From positions 66,488 to 130,487 of the forward strand of contig CALWKG010000001.1 in the NCBI GenBank assembly GCA_944381205.1: a stretch of 64,000 nucleotides of DNA, in the 5' to 3' direction. This DNA comes from an uncultured Clostridia bacterium. GTDB lineage: Bacteria; Bacillota; Clostridia; Christensenellales; UBA1242. A model generated the notes under the pieces. It searched no databases. It was given only the letters and a program-made list of their open reading frames with translations, and was not told the origin of the DNA. This document shows positions 36,225 to 47,301 of the stretch, one piece after another; position 1 is the stretch's first letter, and each line of letters begins with the position of its first letter. Made by a program: the position numbers and the translations under genes.

Positions 36225-39200
36225 ATGAAATTAACTGTTGATGGTAACACCGCTTGCGCAAGAATTGCTTATGCTTTTTCAGACATAGTGGCAATTTATC
36301 CCATTACTCCATCTTCCCCAATGGCAGAAGTATGCGACGAATGGCAAGCCAAAGGTGTAAAAAATCTTTTTAATAGGACGGTAAAAGTAGACGAACTTCA
36401 ATCCGAAGCGGGTGTTGCTGGTGCTGTACACGGGAGTTTATCCGCAGGGGCGCTTACAACAACGTTTACTGCTAGCCAAGGGTTACTACTTATGATACCA
36501 AATATGTATAAAATTGCGGGCGAATTACTACCAACGGTTTTTCACGTTAGTGCTAGGGCGCTGGCTACCCACGCGTTGTCTATTTTTGGCGACCACGCAG
36601 ATGTTATGGCTTGTAGGAGTACGGGGTTTGCGATGATTGCTTCTAACACACCAGAAGAAGCGCAAGATATGGCAGTGGTTGCACATTTGGCTACCCTAAA
36701 AAGCAGTGTGCCATTTTTACATTTTTTTGATGGGTTTAGGACTTCGCACGAAATTCAGAAGATAAATGGCATTGAATACGACGACTTGCAAAAAATTTTG
36801 CCGGACAAAGAAATTGAAGAGTTTACCAAAAGAGCATTATCTTCGACTAACCCGCACGCGCAAGGCACAGCGCAAAACCCAGACATATATTTTCAAAATC
36901 GTGAAGCCTGCAACTCGTATTATAACGATGCTATTTTGGCTGTAAAGTCTAGTATGGAAGATTTAAAGTCTATTACAGGTAGGACATATAACCTTTTTGA
37001 CTACTACGGCGACAAAAATGCAGAAAATGTTATTGTTTTAATTGGTAGCGCGGTAGAAACCGTTAAACAGGTAGTAGATGCCTTAAATAAAGAAAACAAA
37101 AAAGTTGGAGTGGTGGCGGTAAGGCTATATAGACCTTTTTCTAACCAAGATTTTATTTTAAGTTTGCCAAAAAGTGTAAAGAAAATTGCAGTGCTTGACC
37201 GAACCAAAGAAAGTGGCAGTAGTGGTGAACCGCTATACAAGGACGTTATTTCTGCCCTATGCAACAAAAATATAACTATTATTGGTGGTAGATATGGACT
37301 AGGCGGAAAAGAATTTACCCCTGCACACGCAAAGGCGGTTTTTGACAACCTAATGAGTGATGCCAAAAACAATTTTACAATAGGAATAAATGACGACGTG
37401 ACTCATTTATCGCTTGATTTTGACCCAAATTACCGTGTTAATACTAATAACTATTCTTGCAAATTTTATGGGCTTGGCAGTGACGGGACTGTGGGGGCAA
37501 ACAAAAATTCTATTAAGATTATTGGCAGTAACACCGACCTTAATGCGCAAGGATATTTTGAGTATGACTCTAAAAAATCAGGTAGTGCAACAATATCTCA
37601 TTTGCGCTTTGGTAAAGACTCGACCAATGCCCCGTATCTTATCACAAATGCTAATTTTATTGCCTGTCACAATGTAAGTTTTGTGGGAAAGTACGATATG
37701 GCAAGTGACCTTAAAGACAACGGGGTATTCTTGCTAAATGCTCCATTTAATAAGGAAGAACTTGAAAAGTATTTGCCAAATACGTTTTTTGCCGTGCTTA
37801 AACAAAAAAATGCTAAATTATTTGTTGTAGATGGCAGTAAAATCGCCCAAGAAGTTGGTTTGGGGAACAAAATAAATGTTGTAATGCAGGCTTGTTTCTT
37901 TAAACTGACAAACATAATAGAATACACAAAGGTAGAGCAACTTTTGATTGACAGTGCTGTAAAAACATATTCTAGAAAAGGGCAAAAAATAGTAGACGCA
38001 AACATAAACGCAATAAAAAATGCCACTAAAAATATGTGGGAGTTTGACCTAACGACTTATATTCCTAAAAAAGAGCCAAGGATAAGAACTGATGCCCCGC
38101 TAGACCCTTATGACGAAAAGTTTATAAAAGTTATTGAACACAAGCAAGGCGATAATTTGCCGGTGTCTAGTTTTGACCCACGGGGACACGTTCCGACAAA
38201 CACTTCTAAGTACGAAAAACGCGGGATATCACTGTCTTCCCCTTGCTGGATAAGTGAAAACTGCATTGAATGTAATATGTGCTCTATGGTTTGCCCGCAC
38301 GCAGCAATTAGACCAGTACTTGTAAAAAAAGAAAATCTAGCGGACGCACCGAAGTCGTTTGAAACAAAAAAAGCCCTTGGGGTAGACGGGTATGAATTTA
38401 GAATACAAATTGACCCACGCGACTGCACGGGTTGTGCTAATTGTGTGGCGGTTTGCCCTGCAAAAGAAAAAGCCCTAAAAATGATGCCGACAATAGACGT
38501 GGAAAAGACAGAATTAGACAACTATAATTTTGCAAAAGATATTGTAAATCCGCCTACTATTTTTGCCCCAAATACCATAAAAGGTAGCCAATTTAGAAAG
38601 CCTTACTTTGAATTTAGTGGGGCTTGCGCTGGGTGCGGAGAAACCCCTTACATTAAACTTGCCACTCAATTATTTGGGCATAGAATGGTTATTGCAAACG
38701 CAACTGGTTGCAGTAGTATTTATTCGGGCAGTGCGCCTACTTCCCCATTTGCAAAAAATGAGAACAACAGGGGTCCTGCGTGGGCAAATAGTCTGTTTGA
38801 AGACAATGCAGAATTTGGCTTAGGCATAAGGTTAGCACTTAATGAAAAACGTCAAAAATTACGTGATTTGGCACAAGAATACGTAAAAAACGACATAAAT
38901 ACCGACCTAAAAGGGCTTTTAAATGAATGGATTGAAAACTTTGATGATAAGGAAAAATCCTACGAACTATCCCTTAGACTTATCCCACTTGTAAAAGGTA
39001 CACCGCTTGAAAGTTTGTCGTCTTCGTTTGTATACGAAAGTGTATGGTGCATTGGTGGTGATGGTTGGGCTTATGACATTGGCTTTGGGGGGTTGGACCA
39101 CGTTTTAGCAAGTGGCGAAAATGTTAATATTTTAGTTTTGGATACCGAAGTTTATTCCAACACTGGCGGTCAGATGTCAAAATCTACCCCGCTATCCGCA

Positions 39201-39680
39201 ACGGCAAAGTTTGCAACAAGTGGCAAACGTACACCAAAAAAGGACTTGGGGCAAATTGCGATGACTTACAAAAATGTCTATGTAGCACAGGTGGGACTGG
39301 GGGCTGATATGAACCAATGTGTAAAGGCTTTTAGCGAAGCGGAAAGTTATGACGGCCCAAGTTTAATTATTGCGTACTCACCTTGCATTAACCACGGCAT
39401 AGATATGAGCAAATCTCAACTAGAAATTAAGCACGCAGTTGATAGCGGATATTGGTTCTTGTATAGATATGACCCTAGACTAATTGCTCAAAACAAAAAT
39501 CCTTTTGTACTAGATAGCAAAAAGCCAACACTAGACTATACCGAGTTTTTGGAAGGAGAAACAAGGTTTAAAGCCCTAGAAAAAATATCCCCTGCCCTAG
39601 CAACTAAATTGTTTGAACAGAGCAAGGCTTGGGCGGAAGCAAAATATCAGGAATACTTAAAATTGTCAAATAATGAATAA
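36225..39680 (+). CDS. nifJ: Pyruvate:ferredoxin (flavodoxin) oxidoreductase, single-chain
   Basis: 1151 aa. Two 4Fe-4S motifs (CIECNMCSMVCP, CTGCANCVAVCP) and TPP-binding GGDGWAYDIGFGG. Confidence 0.95.
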   Translation: MKLTVDGNTACARIAYAFSDIVAIYPITPSSPMAEVCDEWQAKGVKNLFNRTVKVDELQSEAGVAGAVHGSLSAGALTTTFTASQGLLLMIPNMYKIAGELLPTVFHVSARALATHALSIFGDHADVMACRSTGFAMIASNTPEEAQDMAVVAHLATLKSSVPFLHFFDGFRTSHEIQKINGIEYDDLQKILPDKEIEEFTKRALSSTNPHAQGTAQNPDIYFQNREACNSYYNDAILAVKSSMEDLKSITGRTYNLFDYYGDKNAENVIVLIGSAVETVKQVVDALNKENKKVGVVAVRLYRPFSNQDFILSLPKSVKKIAVLDRTKESGSSGEPLYKDVISALCNKNITIIGGRYGLGGKEFTPAHAKAVFDNLMSDAKNNFTIGINDDVTHLSLDFDPNYRVNTNNYSCKFYGLGSDGTVGANKNSIKIIGSNTDLNAQGYFEYDSKKSGSATISHLRFGKDSTNAPYLITNANFIACHNVSFVGKYDMASDLKDNGVFLLNAPFNKEELEKYLPNTFFAVLKQKNAKLFVVDGSKIAQEVGLGNKINVVMQACFFKLTNIIEYTKVEQLLIDSAVKTYSRKGQKIVDANINAIKNATKNMWEFDLTTYIPKKEPRIRTDAPLDPYDEKFIKVIEHKQGDNLPVSSFDPRGHVPTNTSKYEKRGISLSSPCWISENCIECNMCSMVCPHAAIRPVLVKKENLADAPKSFETKKALGVDGYEFRIQIDPRDCTGCANCVAVCPAKEKALKMMPTIDVEKTELDNYNFAKDIVNPPTIFAPNTIKGSQFRKPYFEFSGACAGCGETPYIKLATQLFGHRMVIANATGCSSIYSGSAPTSPFAKNENNRGPAWANSLFEDNAEFGLGIRLALNEKRQKLRDLAQEYVKNDINTDLKGLLNEWIENFDDKEKSYELSLRLIPLVKGTPLESLSSSFVYESVWCIGGDGWAYDIGFGGLDHVLASGENVNILVLDTEVYSNTGGQMSKSTPLSATAKFATSGKRTPKKDLGQIAMTYKNVYVAQVGLGADMNQCVKAFSEAESYDGPSLIIAYSPCINHGIDMSKSQLEIKHAVDSGYWFLYRYDPRLIAQNKNPFVLDSKKPTLDYTEFLEGETRFKALEKISPALATKLFEQSKAWAEAKYQEYLKLSNNE

Positions 39681-39729
39681 TTTTTTAAAAATAGCAAAAC
39701 AAGGTTTAGCCTAATAATTTTAACTAAAA

Positions 39730-39765
39730 TAAAAGGAACTTCGCTAAAATGAAGTTCCTTTTTAT
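39730..39765. terminator. Bidirectional terminator between PFOR and the convergent surface-protein gene
   Basis: aaaggaacttc / gctaaaat / gaagttccttt flanked by A/T runs. Confidence 0.7.
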
Positions 39766-39871
39766 TAAATAATTTTATATTAAAAGTCATATTATTTTAC
39801 AATTAAAATTTAAAATATTCAGTAAAAAAGTAAACTAAAATAAGTTTAACAAGACCTAAGTTTTTTGCATA

Positions 39872-42800
39872 CTACTTTCCAAAAACCCACCAATCAAATT
39901 TGTTTCGTTTTTTTCGTTTTATAATAGAAAGAATTATCATTACTGTCACAATTACCCCGACTACTGCAAGGACTATATACAAAATATAAATATTGCTACC
40001 CACCGTCACATTAATAGTAGTATCTTTATCTATACCGCTAAGGCTATGGTCAAAGTTAAGATATTCAAACACATTTAGGTCAATGTTTTCGTACAAAACA
40101 TTGGTATTAACCGTTTCACCATAATTTACGTCAACTACATAGGAATTTCCGTTTAAGACAAAGGTAACTTTATAGATGTTTGGGGTATAAATTGCTTCTA
40201 TATTTGTATCGTCTGATGCACTAACAATTTCGTTTTGCGACCAATAAGGTTGTATGTTGTCATAATTAGGTTTTTCAGGTATTTGTGGAAATTTGTCACT
40301 GGAAAGGGCTTCTCCGTGTAGGACAGATATTGTTTTTATAACTTCGCCATCTACAACAAAATTAATGTTGTAGCGATTTAACTCTATATTATCTAAAACA
40401 ACATCAAATTCGCCCCTAACACTCTTTATAACAAAATTGACCCCTGTGGAGTTTTCAACTGAAACTCTATCTAGCAACTCCGATTCTCCCGTACTTTTAT
40501 AAACCACTGTTGCCGTGAGATTGTCATAGGATTTATTGTACTTTTGCTCTAACTGTACAGAAAATATGTAATCTTTGCCAAACTCTATATTATTAGAACC
40601 AACCAAAGTGTATTTTTCACTTTCGCTAGGCAGTACAACGTCATAAACTTTTATGTCAAACTTTGCGTACAAGACGACATCGCCCACCCTACCTTTAAGG
40701 GTTTGCAATTTTTCACCATCGAAATTTGCATTATCGTAAAAACCGTCAAAATTATAACCCGTCCTAACAGGTGATTTAAGGCTAAAATTTGACTCAATAT
40801 TATATTCAGTTTCTACGTCTTGTAAAAACTCACCGCCATTTAACTCGTATGTGATTTTATAATTAACTGGGGCAAAAATCATTTCAAGAGTAGTGTTTTT
40901 GGTTATTATTACACTAGACAATTTGTCTATCATATATTCGTCATTGACCTGAAAGCCTTCAAATTTATAGCCTAAGATTTCGGAACTTATGCCTTCTGGC
41001 AAGGTGTTTATAGTAGAAAAGTGTTCAACTTCTAGGGTTTTACTAACTCCGTCAAATCCAATAAATTTTACCAAATATGTACGATAAACAATAAAATATT
41101 TTCCGCTAATAATGGTTGCGTTGTAATTTGGATTGCTGTAAGTTGCGGTAATTTTATAGCCACTTTCATCTTTTAAGGTATTATTATTGATTTCCTGTCC
41201 GTTACTATCAAGGCAAGAAAACTGCAAATTTAAGTTGTCCCCGCTGACATAATTGCCGGATACTGTGTATTTAAAATCCCTATTTATCTCGCCATAATAA
41301 GATGTTTTGTCTAATATTGTGATTGTTATGTCGGTTGGTAAAATTTCAAAGTATGTTTTTTCAAGCACAAGGTTATAATTTTTTTCTAATGACTTACCTA
41401 ACCTTAAAGTGCCAAGAGTAATTTCATAACTGCCTACGTTTTCGCCTTTTATTCTACTCAACTTACCCGTAAAATCAAGTGTGTCATTAAAGTAGAGTTT
41501 GGAATATTTAAAAGTAAAATTTGGGTCACTGTTACTATTTTTATCATAATGTTTGCTTGTTTGATTAGGGGTAATAACTAAATCTCTTTTTAAAATAGTA
41601 TACGTGTAATTGTTTTGATTATCAAAAATCAAATTATAGTTAGTCGCCTTAAAGTTTTCACCATCTTGCAAGGCTATATTGCCGACATTTATAAGATATG
41701 TCCCGACATATTCAATATTACCTTCCTTACCTAATTTGCCAGAGAAAGACGGGATTTCGCCCACCAAATTACCCGAATAATCAAACAAAATATTGTCGCT
41801 ATCGCCGTAAGTTTTGCTTTGATTTCCATTTGGTGAAATAGTTAAATCTATTGGCAGAATTCTTAAAGTAGCCGACATTACCTTATCATAATAATTGTGC
41901 TTTTTAAATAAGACGTCAATGATATATTCGCCAGCATCAACATATTCAAGAGAGTCAAAATATTCATCACTATTGTGTCTTGCAAACAAAATTTCAATGT
42001 CGTCATCATTTGCTTCGACAACTACACTATGTGGCTTAGCATCATATTTTACATACATATTATTTTTGACGTTAACCCAGTCAATTTCTCCAAGAGAGAT
42101 GTTAAAATAGACATCTTCGCCCATTTGCAAGGTATAGTTTTTTGCGTTAAAGTCTTCAAATGAAACAAGAGATAAATCTCCAAGTGTTATTAAATAATCG
42201 CCCGCATCAAACACGTCACCAATAGATAATCCACCTAAAAATTTAGGTGTTTCTAGCGCGTTTTGATAACTAAAAGTTATATTGCCCATAGGCTCGTCAT
42301 ACACTTTGGTTTGGTTTTTATCGGGATAGATATATATTGTTCTAGGCAAAATATTAAACTTAATATTGCTATTTAATGTTACGACATAATTCCTTGCCAA
42401 AAAATCGCCATTATCATAGATAACAGGGCTACCATTTAACGCAAACTCGTAACTGCCGACATTTTCGCCAAGTTGCCTTGTAATTAGCGCTTTTACAATA
42501 GGCTCTTCACCTGCCACGGCATTAACTATTTGGTATTCGAACTCGCTATTGCTATCGCCATAAATTTTTTGGTTATTAATGACTTCTATTTTGAGTTCTC
42601 TACACGCAATAGTAAATAATTTGCTGTCATTAAAAACAATGTCATAGTTGCTACTTTTAAACAGTCCATAATCCAGTAACTGCAAATTTCCCCTAGTGAT
42701 TTTATACGTTCCGACATTTTCCCCTAACTCACGGGAAAGCCTTCCATAACGTTGGGGCTCTTCGTTTTCGACCAAACCATCTAGAAAATAAGTTAAAATC

Positions 42801-44749
42801 GGGTCGTTATCGCCATAAAATTTAGATAAATTATTTGGGATAATGGTTAATTTTTTAGGCAAAATTGTAATGTTTACCTTCTCTATCTTGTCCTGATAGC
42901 CATAAGCAGATAATTTTACATAAATTTCGTAAGGTTCATTATTTGTTAAAACGTCTTTTACGTTATATTCACTTTCGCTAAAATAATTTTTTCCGTCAAA
43001 ACTATAACTTACACTATAATTAACGTCGTCATAAACCGCCACACTTGGTTTTACAATTTTGCCGTTATATTCACAGGTCACTCCTGTGATTTCCGCGTCA
43101 AACTGCGCAATGCTCAAACTTTCGACAATAATTGGCAAAACACATTCCGCACCCGACATCTCGTATTTGCTCCAACTAGAATTAGGATAAACTGTGTAAA
43201 AACTAGGCACGGGGATTGCCTGATTAGAATTATTATCAATAAATAACAATGCCCCGCCACCGAGAACTTCCATCACGACGACAAAATTTTGACCGGTGAC
43301 CAAAAGGTTTTCGTCAAGTTCAATAGTATAATAGCCCGTTTGCGCACTACTAAAAATATAATCACCTGTGAGTTTGTTTTTTATAGGCACTTTATCATTA
43401 AAATTATCCAAAAGAGCCTGCTCGTAATTTAAAATGTCACTTTCCTGCAAATTGATTAAATACACCTTAAAATTTGTAGGGGTGTTATTGCGTTTTATTC
43501 CGCTTAAATCTTCGCCTACCGAAGTAACTGTTGGAACTTTTATGCTACTAATAATTTGACTACCGCCATAAGTTTTAAAAAAGTTTGCCGTAAAGATACT
43601 TGTACCCTGTGTTGCACTTATAAATTGTGTGGAAAAAGCATTTAAACCACTTAATGTCACAAATTGGTCTTTTTGCTCGGATAATTCCGTACTATTGTAA
43701 ACAAAGTCATTATCCTGTTTAAGACCAACTCTTTTAAACCCCGCGACATCGTCTTCGATATTGGCATCTTCATACATTACATAAAAGTATCCGCCTTTGC
43801 CAAAAGTTTCGCCGTAAGAATTTTGAACAATATAAGCACCCTTTTTATCGCCGTGGGTAAAAGTGTCGTCCCAGCCAACAATAGTAACCATGTGATTTAC
43901 CTGATTGTTGCCCGTATAGGAATACACATAGGAATTGGCAAGATATGTCCTATCAAAATAAATTGAAGCCGTGACCGCGCCATAATTTTTAATGTGATAT
44001 TTTATGCTTTGTCTTAAATCTTCAATTTGGGAAATTTGTTCTTCATCTGACAGAGAATTATCCTTTTCTATTTCATATCTTGACGGGAAAAACTCTGCTT
44101 CCATAACGGAAAACTCGGATATGTTTCTTTGGTTATTTTGAAGATATGTAGCATACGAATTTGCAAGCATTTCGTTGCTGTCCCACCTTAGACTACTGTT
44201 ATTACCATAGGCTTCGTCTGAATTTTCATAAACTGGTCCCGCACCGCTTGCCAAATATTCGTAAGCGAGTTCAAACCCACCAGCGCCAAGTCTGTCTTTT
44301 CCACGAGATAGAATATAGACCGAATATGCTAAGTCCACTTCCGAAAAATTAAGTTGAGTGCTGAGTCCTAGTTTGTAGATTGTACTTTCTAGCGAAGTAT
44401 TGACCGCAAAAGCCCAACACAAATCAGTCATAAACTGATTGCCTACGTTGGATTTGTACCCAGCACTAACCCCTTTATAGTCGGCAAAGTCATACAACGA
44501 ATACTTTGTGCCAAGGTCTACATTGTAGTTGGTTCCTTCTACTAAACTATTTGTTGATACACTATTTTCACTACTTTGCAAAGTAGATAAATTGTCGTTA
44601 GATTTTTTAAGAGGCTTTTCCTGAGAATTATAAAAAATTGTAGGAGAGTACGCAAAAGCATTAACAGAACAAATCGAGCAAACAAAAAAGAGTGCTAGTA
44701 AAGCACAGCATAGTATAAAAAAATTGTTTAATCTTTTTTTTGTATCCAT
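39872..44749 (-). CDS. Giant surface protein: signal peptide + papain-like (C1) cysteine protease + MBG-type repeats + Listeria-Bacteroides-type repeats + C-terminal TM anchor
   Basis: Signal peptide. Catalytic Cys in DLCWAFA, His in VNHMVTIVGWDD, and QNSYG. Repeated ...YGD...G.L.R..GENVG.Y.I..G.L....NY...F modules. GYKFEGF/GYNFDGFYD repeats. C-terminal hydrophobic helix plus KRKKRNK. Confidence 0.85.
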   Translation of the reverse strand: MDTKKRLNNFFILCCALLALFFVCSICSVNAFAYSPTIFYNSQEKPLKKSNDNLSTLQSSENSVSTNSLVEGTNYNVDLGTKYSLYDFADYKGVSAGYKSNVGNQFMTDLCWAFAVNTSLESTIYKLGLSTQLNFSEVDLAYSVYILSRGKDRLGAGGFELAYEYLASGAGPVYENSDEAYGNNSSLRWDSNEMLANSYATYLQNNQRNISEFSVMEAEFFPSRYEIEKDNSLSDEEQISQIEDLRQSIKYHIKNYGAVTASIYFDRTYLANSYVYSYTGNNQVNHMVTIVGWDDTFTHGDKKGAYIVQNSYGETFGKGGYFYVMYEDANIEDDVAGFKRVGLKQDNDFVYNSTELSEQKDQFVTLSGLNAFSTQFISATQGTSIFTANFFKTYGGSQIISSIKVPTVTSVGEDLSGIKRNNTPTNFKVYLINLQESDILNYEQALLDNFNDKVPIKNKLTGDYIFSSAQTGYYTIELDENLLVTGQNFVVVMEVLGGGALLFIDNNSNQAIPVPSFYTVYPNSSWSKYEMSGAECVLPIIVESLSIAQFDAEITGVTCEYNGKIVKPSVAVYDDVNYSVSYSFDGKNYFSESEYNVKDVLTNNEPYEIYVKLSAYGYQDKIEKVNITILPKKLTIIPNNLSKFYGDNDPILTYFLDGLVENEEPQRYGRLSRELGENVGTYKITRGNLQLLDYGLFKSSNYDIVFNDSKLFTIACRELKIEVINNQKIYGDSNSEFEYQIVNAVAGEEPIVKALITRQLGENVGSYEFALNGSPVIYDNGDFLARNYVVTLNSNIKFNILPRTIYIYPDKNQTKVYDEPMGNITFSYQNALETPKFLGGLSIGDVFDAGDYLITLGDLSLVSFEDFNAKNYTLQMGEDVYFNISLGEIDWVNVKNNMYVKYDAKPHSVVVEANDDDIEILFARHNSDEYFDSLEYVDAGEYIIDVLFKKHNYYDKVMSATLRILPIDLTISPNGNQSKTYGDSDNILFDYSGNLVGEIPSFSGKLGKEGNIEYVGTYLINVGNIALQDGENFKATNYNLIFDNQNNYTYTILKRDLVITPNQTSKHYDKNSNSDPNFTFKYSKLYFNDTLDFTGKLSRIKGENVGSYEITLGTLRLGKSLEKNYNLVLEKTYFEILPTDITITILDKTSYYGEINRDFKYTVSGNYVSGDNLNLQFSCLDSNGQEINNNTLKDESGYKITATYSNPNYNATIISGKYFIVYRTYLVKFIGFDGVSKTLEVEHFSTINTLPEGISSEILGYKFEGFQVNDEYMIDKLSSVIITKNTTLEMIFAPVNYKITYELNGGEFLQDVETEYNIESNFSLKSPVRTGYNFDGFYDNANFDGEKLQTLKGRVGDVVLYAKFDIKVYDVVLPSESEKYTLVGSNNIEFGKDYIFSVQLEQKYNKSYDNLTATVVYKSTGESELLDRVSVENSTGVNFVIKSVRGEFDVVLDNIELNRYNINFVVDGEVIKTISVLHGEALSSDKFPQIPEKPNYDNIQPYWSQNEIVSASDDTNIEAIYTPNIYKVTFVLNGNSYVVDVNYGETVNTNVLYENIDLNVFEYLNFDHSLSGIDKDTTINVTVGSNIYILYIVLAVVGVIVTVMIILSIIKRKKRNKFDWWVFGK
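41085..42862 (-). repeat. In-frame tandem array of ~75-aa MBG-like modules within the surface-protein gene (approximate bounds)
   Basis: Recurrent KxYGDxxP...G.LxRxxGENVG(T/S)Y.I......NY motifs in the translated sequence. Confidence 0.6.
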
Positions 44750-44820
44750 TTTTGCTTTCCTTTTTTTATGACCTATTGAAAATCAAAAACGTATCGTCGG
44801 TAATTAGTTTTGAGTCTGTT

Positions 44821-44999
44821 GTGACATTTTAATAGGTCAAATTAAGTTTAACAGTGTATGTTGTAGTATGAGTTGTATGTCTACGAAATGGGGGATTCTT
44901 CGAGAGCCCTTCGTTGCGGGTCGACACTCAGAATGACGGAATAATATGGTGGATTAATTGTACGTCTTTGAGATAGGGGATTCTTCGCTTCGCTCAGAA
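44821..44999. repeat. Second cluster of the GGGGATTCTTCG/CTCAGAATGAC repeat family with the taataggtcaaattaagttta module
   Basis: 44829-44850 matches 9476-9497. 44890-44946 is near-identical to 10009-10066. Short-form unit at 44976-44997. Confidence 0.85.
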
Positions 45000-45319
45000 A
45001 GTTTTACTATACTTTATAAGTATAGTAATAGTATGGATACTCGTCAAATTTTTTTACAAAAATTAATTTAAAAACAATAATTTTTTTTGAAATTGACTTA
45101 AACTTATACATTATTTTCAATAATACCGATTTACAAAAACATACTTTAATAAGATTAAAATATTTTTTAGAACTATTTAAAAAAAATAGGCTTTTTGCTG
45201 GATTGATTTTAAAAAGGTATTATTACTTTATTTAATAAGGGTTACTTTAATAAAATTGGTTTAAAAATGTTTATTTTTATTAAAAAACCATTATTTTTAC
45301 TAAAAAATTATGCAAAAAA

Positions 45320-45913
45320 TTAGTTCATTTGCTTATATTTTAACAGTCTTACCTGGCTTGCTCTTTCGTTTTCTTCCAACTTAAAAGAGATATAACTTAT
45401 ATTTTTTTGTAAATTTGGTATTAAATTTTCATTTAAGGCATTAACCCTTCGTTTTGTAGATTCTATCTCCCTGCCGAGTTTAAAAATTTCGTCTTCTAGC
45501 CCTGCGAGTTTTAATAATTTTGGCATAAAATTTCGCAAATTTTGACCTAAAATATCAAGTAATGGTTGGTTTAAACTTATTTCTTTACTATCATTTTTAT
45601 TGTTTATACAAAAATCCTTTAAGCATATATTAAATAGATTTTTAGTTTTTACGTCAACATACAACGTTTTATTAAACTCTTTTTCTATATCGCTAGAAGA
45701 AACTCCTTGCCTTGAAAAAATATATTGCTTTATCAAGTCAAAAAATTCCTGCTCGACTTCCTTTCTAAGTCTTTTACAGGTTTTAATGCGTGAAGAAAAA
45801 ATTTTAACCATTTCGTCATTTTTGTCTTTTAGCATTTTATAGCCTTTTTTTGCAATGGCGAGTTTTCTAACTAAGTTTTTTAGTTCGCTTCTGGTAGGAT
45901 TATTGGTAAACAT
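45320..45913 (-). CDS. atpD: V-type ATPase subunit D
   Basis: NPTRSELKNL...AKKGYKMLKDK N-terminus typical of subunit D. Last gene of the operon. Confidence 0.85.
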   Translation of the reverse strand: MFTNNPTRSELKNLVRKLAIAKKGYKMLKDKNDEMVKIFSSRIKTCKRLRKEVEQEFFDLIKQYIFSRQGVSSSDIEKEFNKTLYVDVKTKNLFNICLKDFCINNKNDSKEISLNQPLLDILGQNLRNFMPKLLKLAGLEDEIFKLGREIESTKRRVNALNENLIPNLQKNISYISFKLEENERASQVRLLKYKQMN

Positions 45914-45939
45914 TATGTATTACCCCTTTTAAAAGTTTG

Positions 45940-47301
45940 TTAATTTTTTAAATATTTATCGATGTACTGTTTTTTTACTCTTTTTAAATCTTCTTTTGGG
46001 AGCAAAGAAAGTAACTCCCAACCGATATTTAGAGTTTGCTCTATACTTCTAAAAGTGTAAAAACCTTGTGATAAAAATTTTTCTTCAAAACTTGTTGCAA
46101 AATTTGCGTAAATTTTATCCCGTGGGCTTAAAGCCCCTTCACCCAAAATTTGAGCAAGTTCTTTGGCATTTACACCGGCGGAATAGGCGCTTACTAATGA
46201 ACTTGCGACTCCGCTATGGTCTTCCCTTGTTTTATTTTCGCCCATGCCCTTTTCCTTTAATCTGGATAGTGATGACAACACGTCTACCATAGGAAGAATA
46301 TTTTTTTTGTATAATTCACGCGAAAGGACAATTTGCCCTTCTGTAATATAGCCGGTTAAATCGGGGATTGGGTGGGTTTTATCATCTTCGGGCATTGTGA
46401 GTACCGGTATTTGAGTTATAGAACCCTTTTTGCCCTTTATTCTGCCTGCTCTTTCATAAATACTTGCAAGGTCAGTGTACATATACCCCGGATAGCCCCT
46501 TCTGCCCGGGACTTCCTTTTTGGCACTAGACAACTCTCTTAATGCCTCGCAATAATTGGTCATATCAGTCAAAATGACTAAAACGTTCATATCCATTTCA
46601 AAAGCCAAGTACTCGGCACAAGTTAAAGCGACCTTTGGGGTGGCAAGTCTTTCAATAGCGGGGTCGCTAGCAAGGTTGACAAACATAACGGTTTTGTCAA
46701 GTAAGCCCTTTAAGTTATTCATATAATAGTCGGCTTCTTCATAAGTTATGCCCATAGCGCAAAAGACAACGGCGAATTTTTCGTCTTTATTTTTTAATCT
46801 GCTTTGCCTTGCTATTTGAATAGTTAACTCCTGACTAGGCAAACCGCTCATAGAAAATATGGGCAACTTTTGCCCCCTAACCAAAGTGTTTAATCCGTCG
46901 ATAGCGCTAATGCCCGTTTCGATAAACTCGCTAGGATAATCCCTAGCATAAGGATTAATGGGAGAAGAATTTATATCAACTTCTTTTTCTGCAAACAACT
47001 CACCTGCGTCATCAATAGGTTTGCCAAGACCGTTAAAAAACCTGCCCAAAATTTCAGGGCTTAACTTTAACGTTAGTGGCTTATTTAGAAATTTTACTTT
47101 TGCATTTGTTGGGCTTAAACCTAAATTGCTTTCAAACAACTGAACAATTACTAAGTCGCCATCTACCATAATTACTCGCCCGTGCCTTGTGCTACCGTTT
47201 TTTAGTTCTATTTGCACTACTTCGTCATAATGGGCTCCTTCTACATTATCCAAAATTATTAAAGGACCTGTGATTTCCCTTATGGTTTTATAACTTTTCA
47301 T
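45940..47301 (-). CDS. atpB: V-type ATPase subunit B
   Basis: Non-catalytic B-subunit pattern ([22 protein letters not shown]). Start moved to MKSYKTI, which follows a GGAGG RBS. 14-nt overlap with atpA. Confidence 0.9.
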   Translation of the reverse strand: MKSYKTIREITGPLIILDNVEGAHYDEVVQIELKNGSTRHGRVIMVDGDLVIVQLFESNLGLSPTNAKVKFLNKPLTLKLSPEILGRFFNGLGKPIDDAGELFAEKEVDINSSPINPYARDYPSEFIETGISAIDGLNTLVRGQKLPIFSMSGLPSQELTIQIARQSRLKNKDEKFAVVFCAMGITYEEADYYMNNLKGLLDKTVMFVNLASDPAIERLATPKVALTCAEYLAFEMDMNVLVILTDMTNYCEALRELSSAKKEVPGRRGYPGYMYTDLASIYERAGRIKGKKGSITQIPVLTMPEDDKTHPIPDLTGYITEGQIVLSRELYKKNILPMVDVLSSLSRLKEKGMGENKTREDHSGVASSLVSAYSAGVNAKELAQILGEGALSPRDKIYANFATSFEEKFLSQGFYTFRSIEQTLNIGWELLSLLPKEDLKRVKKQYIDKYLKN

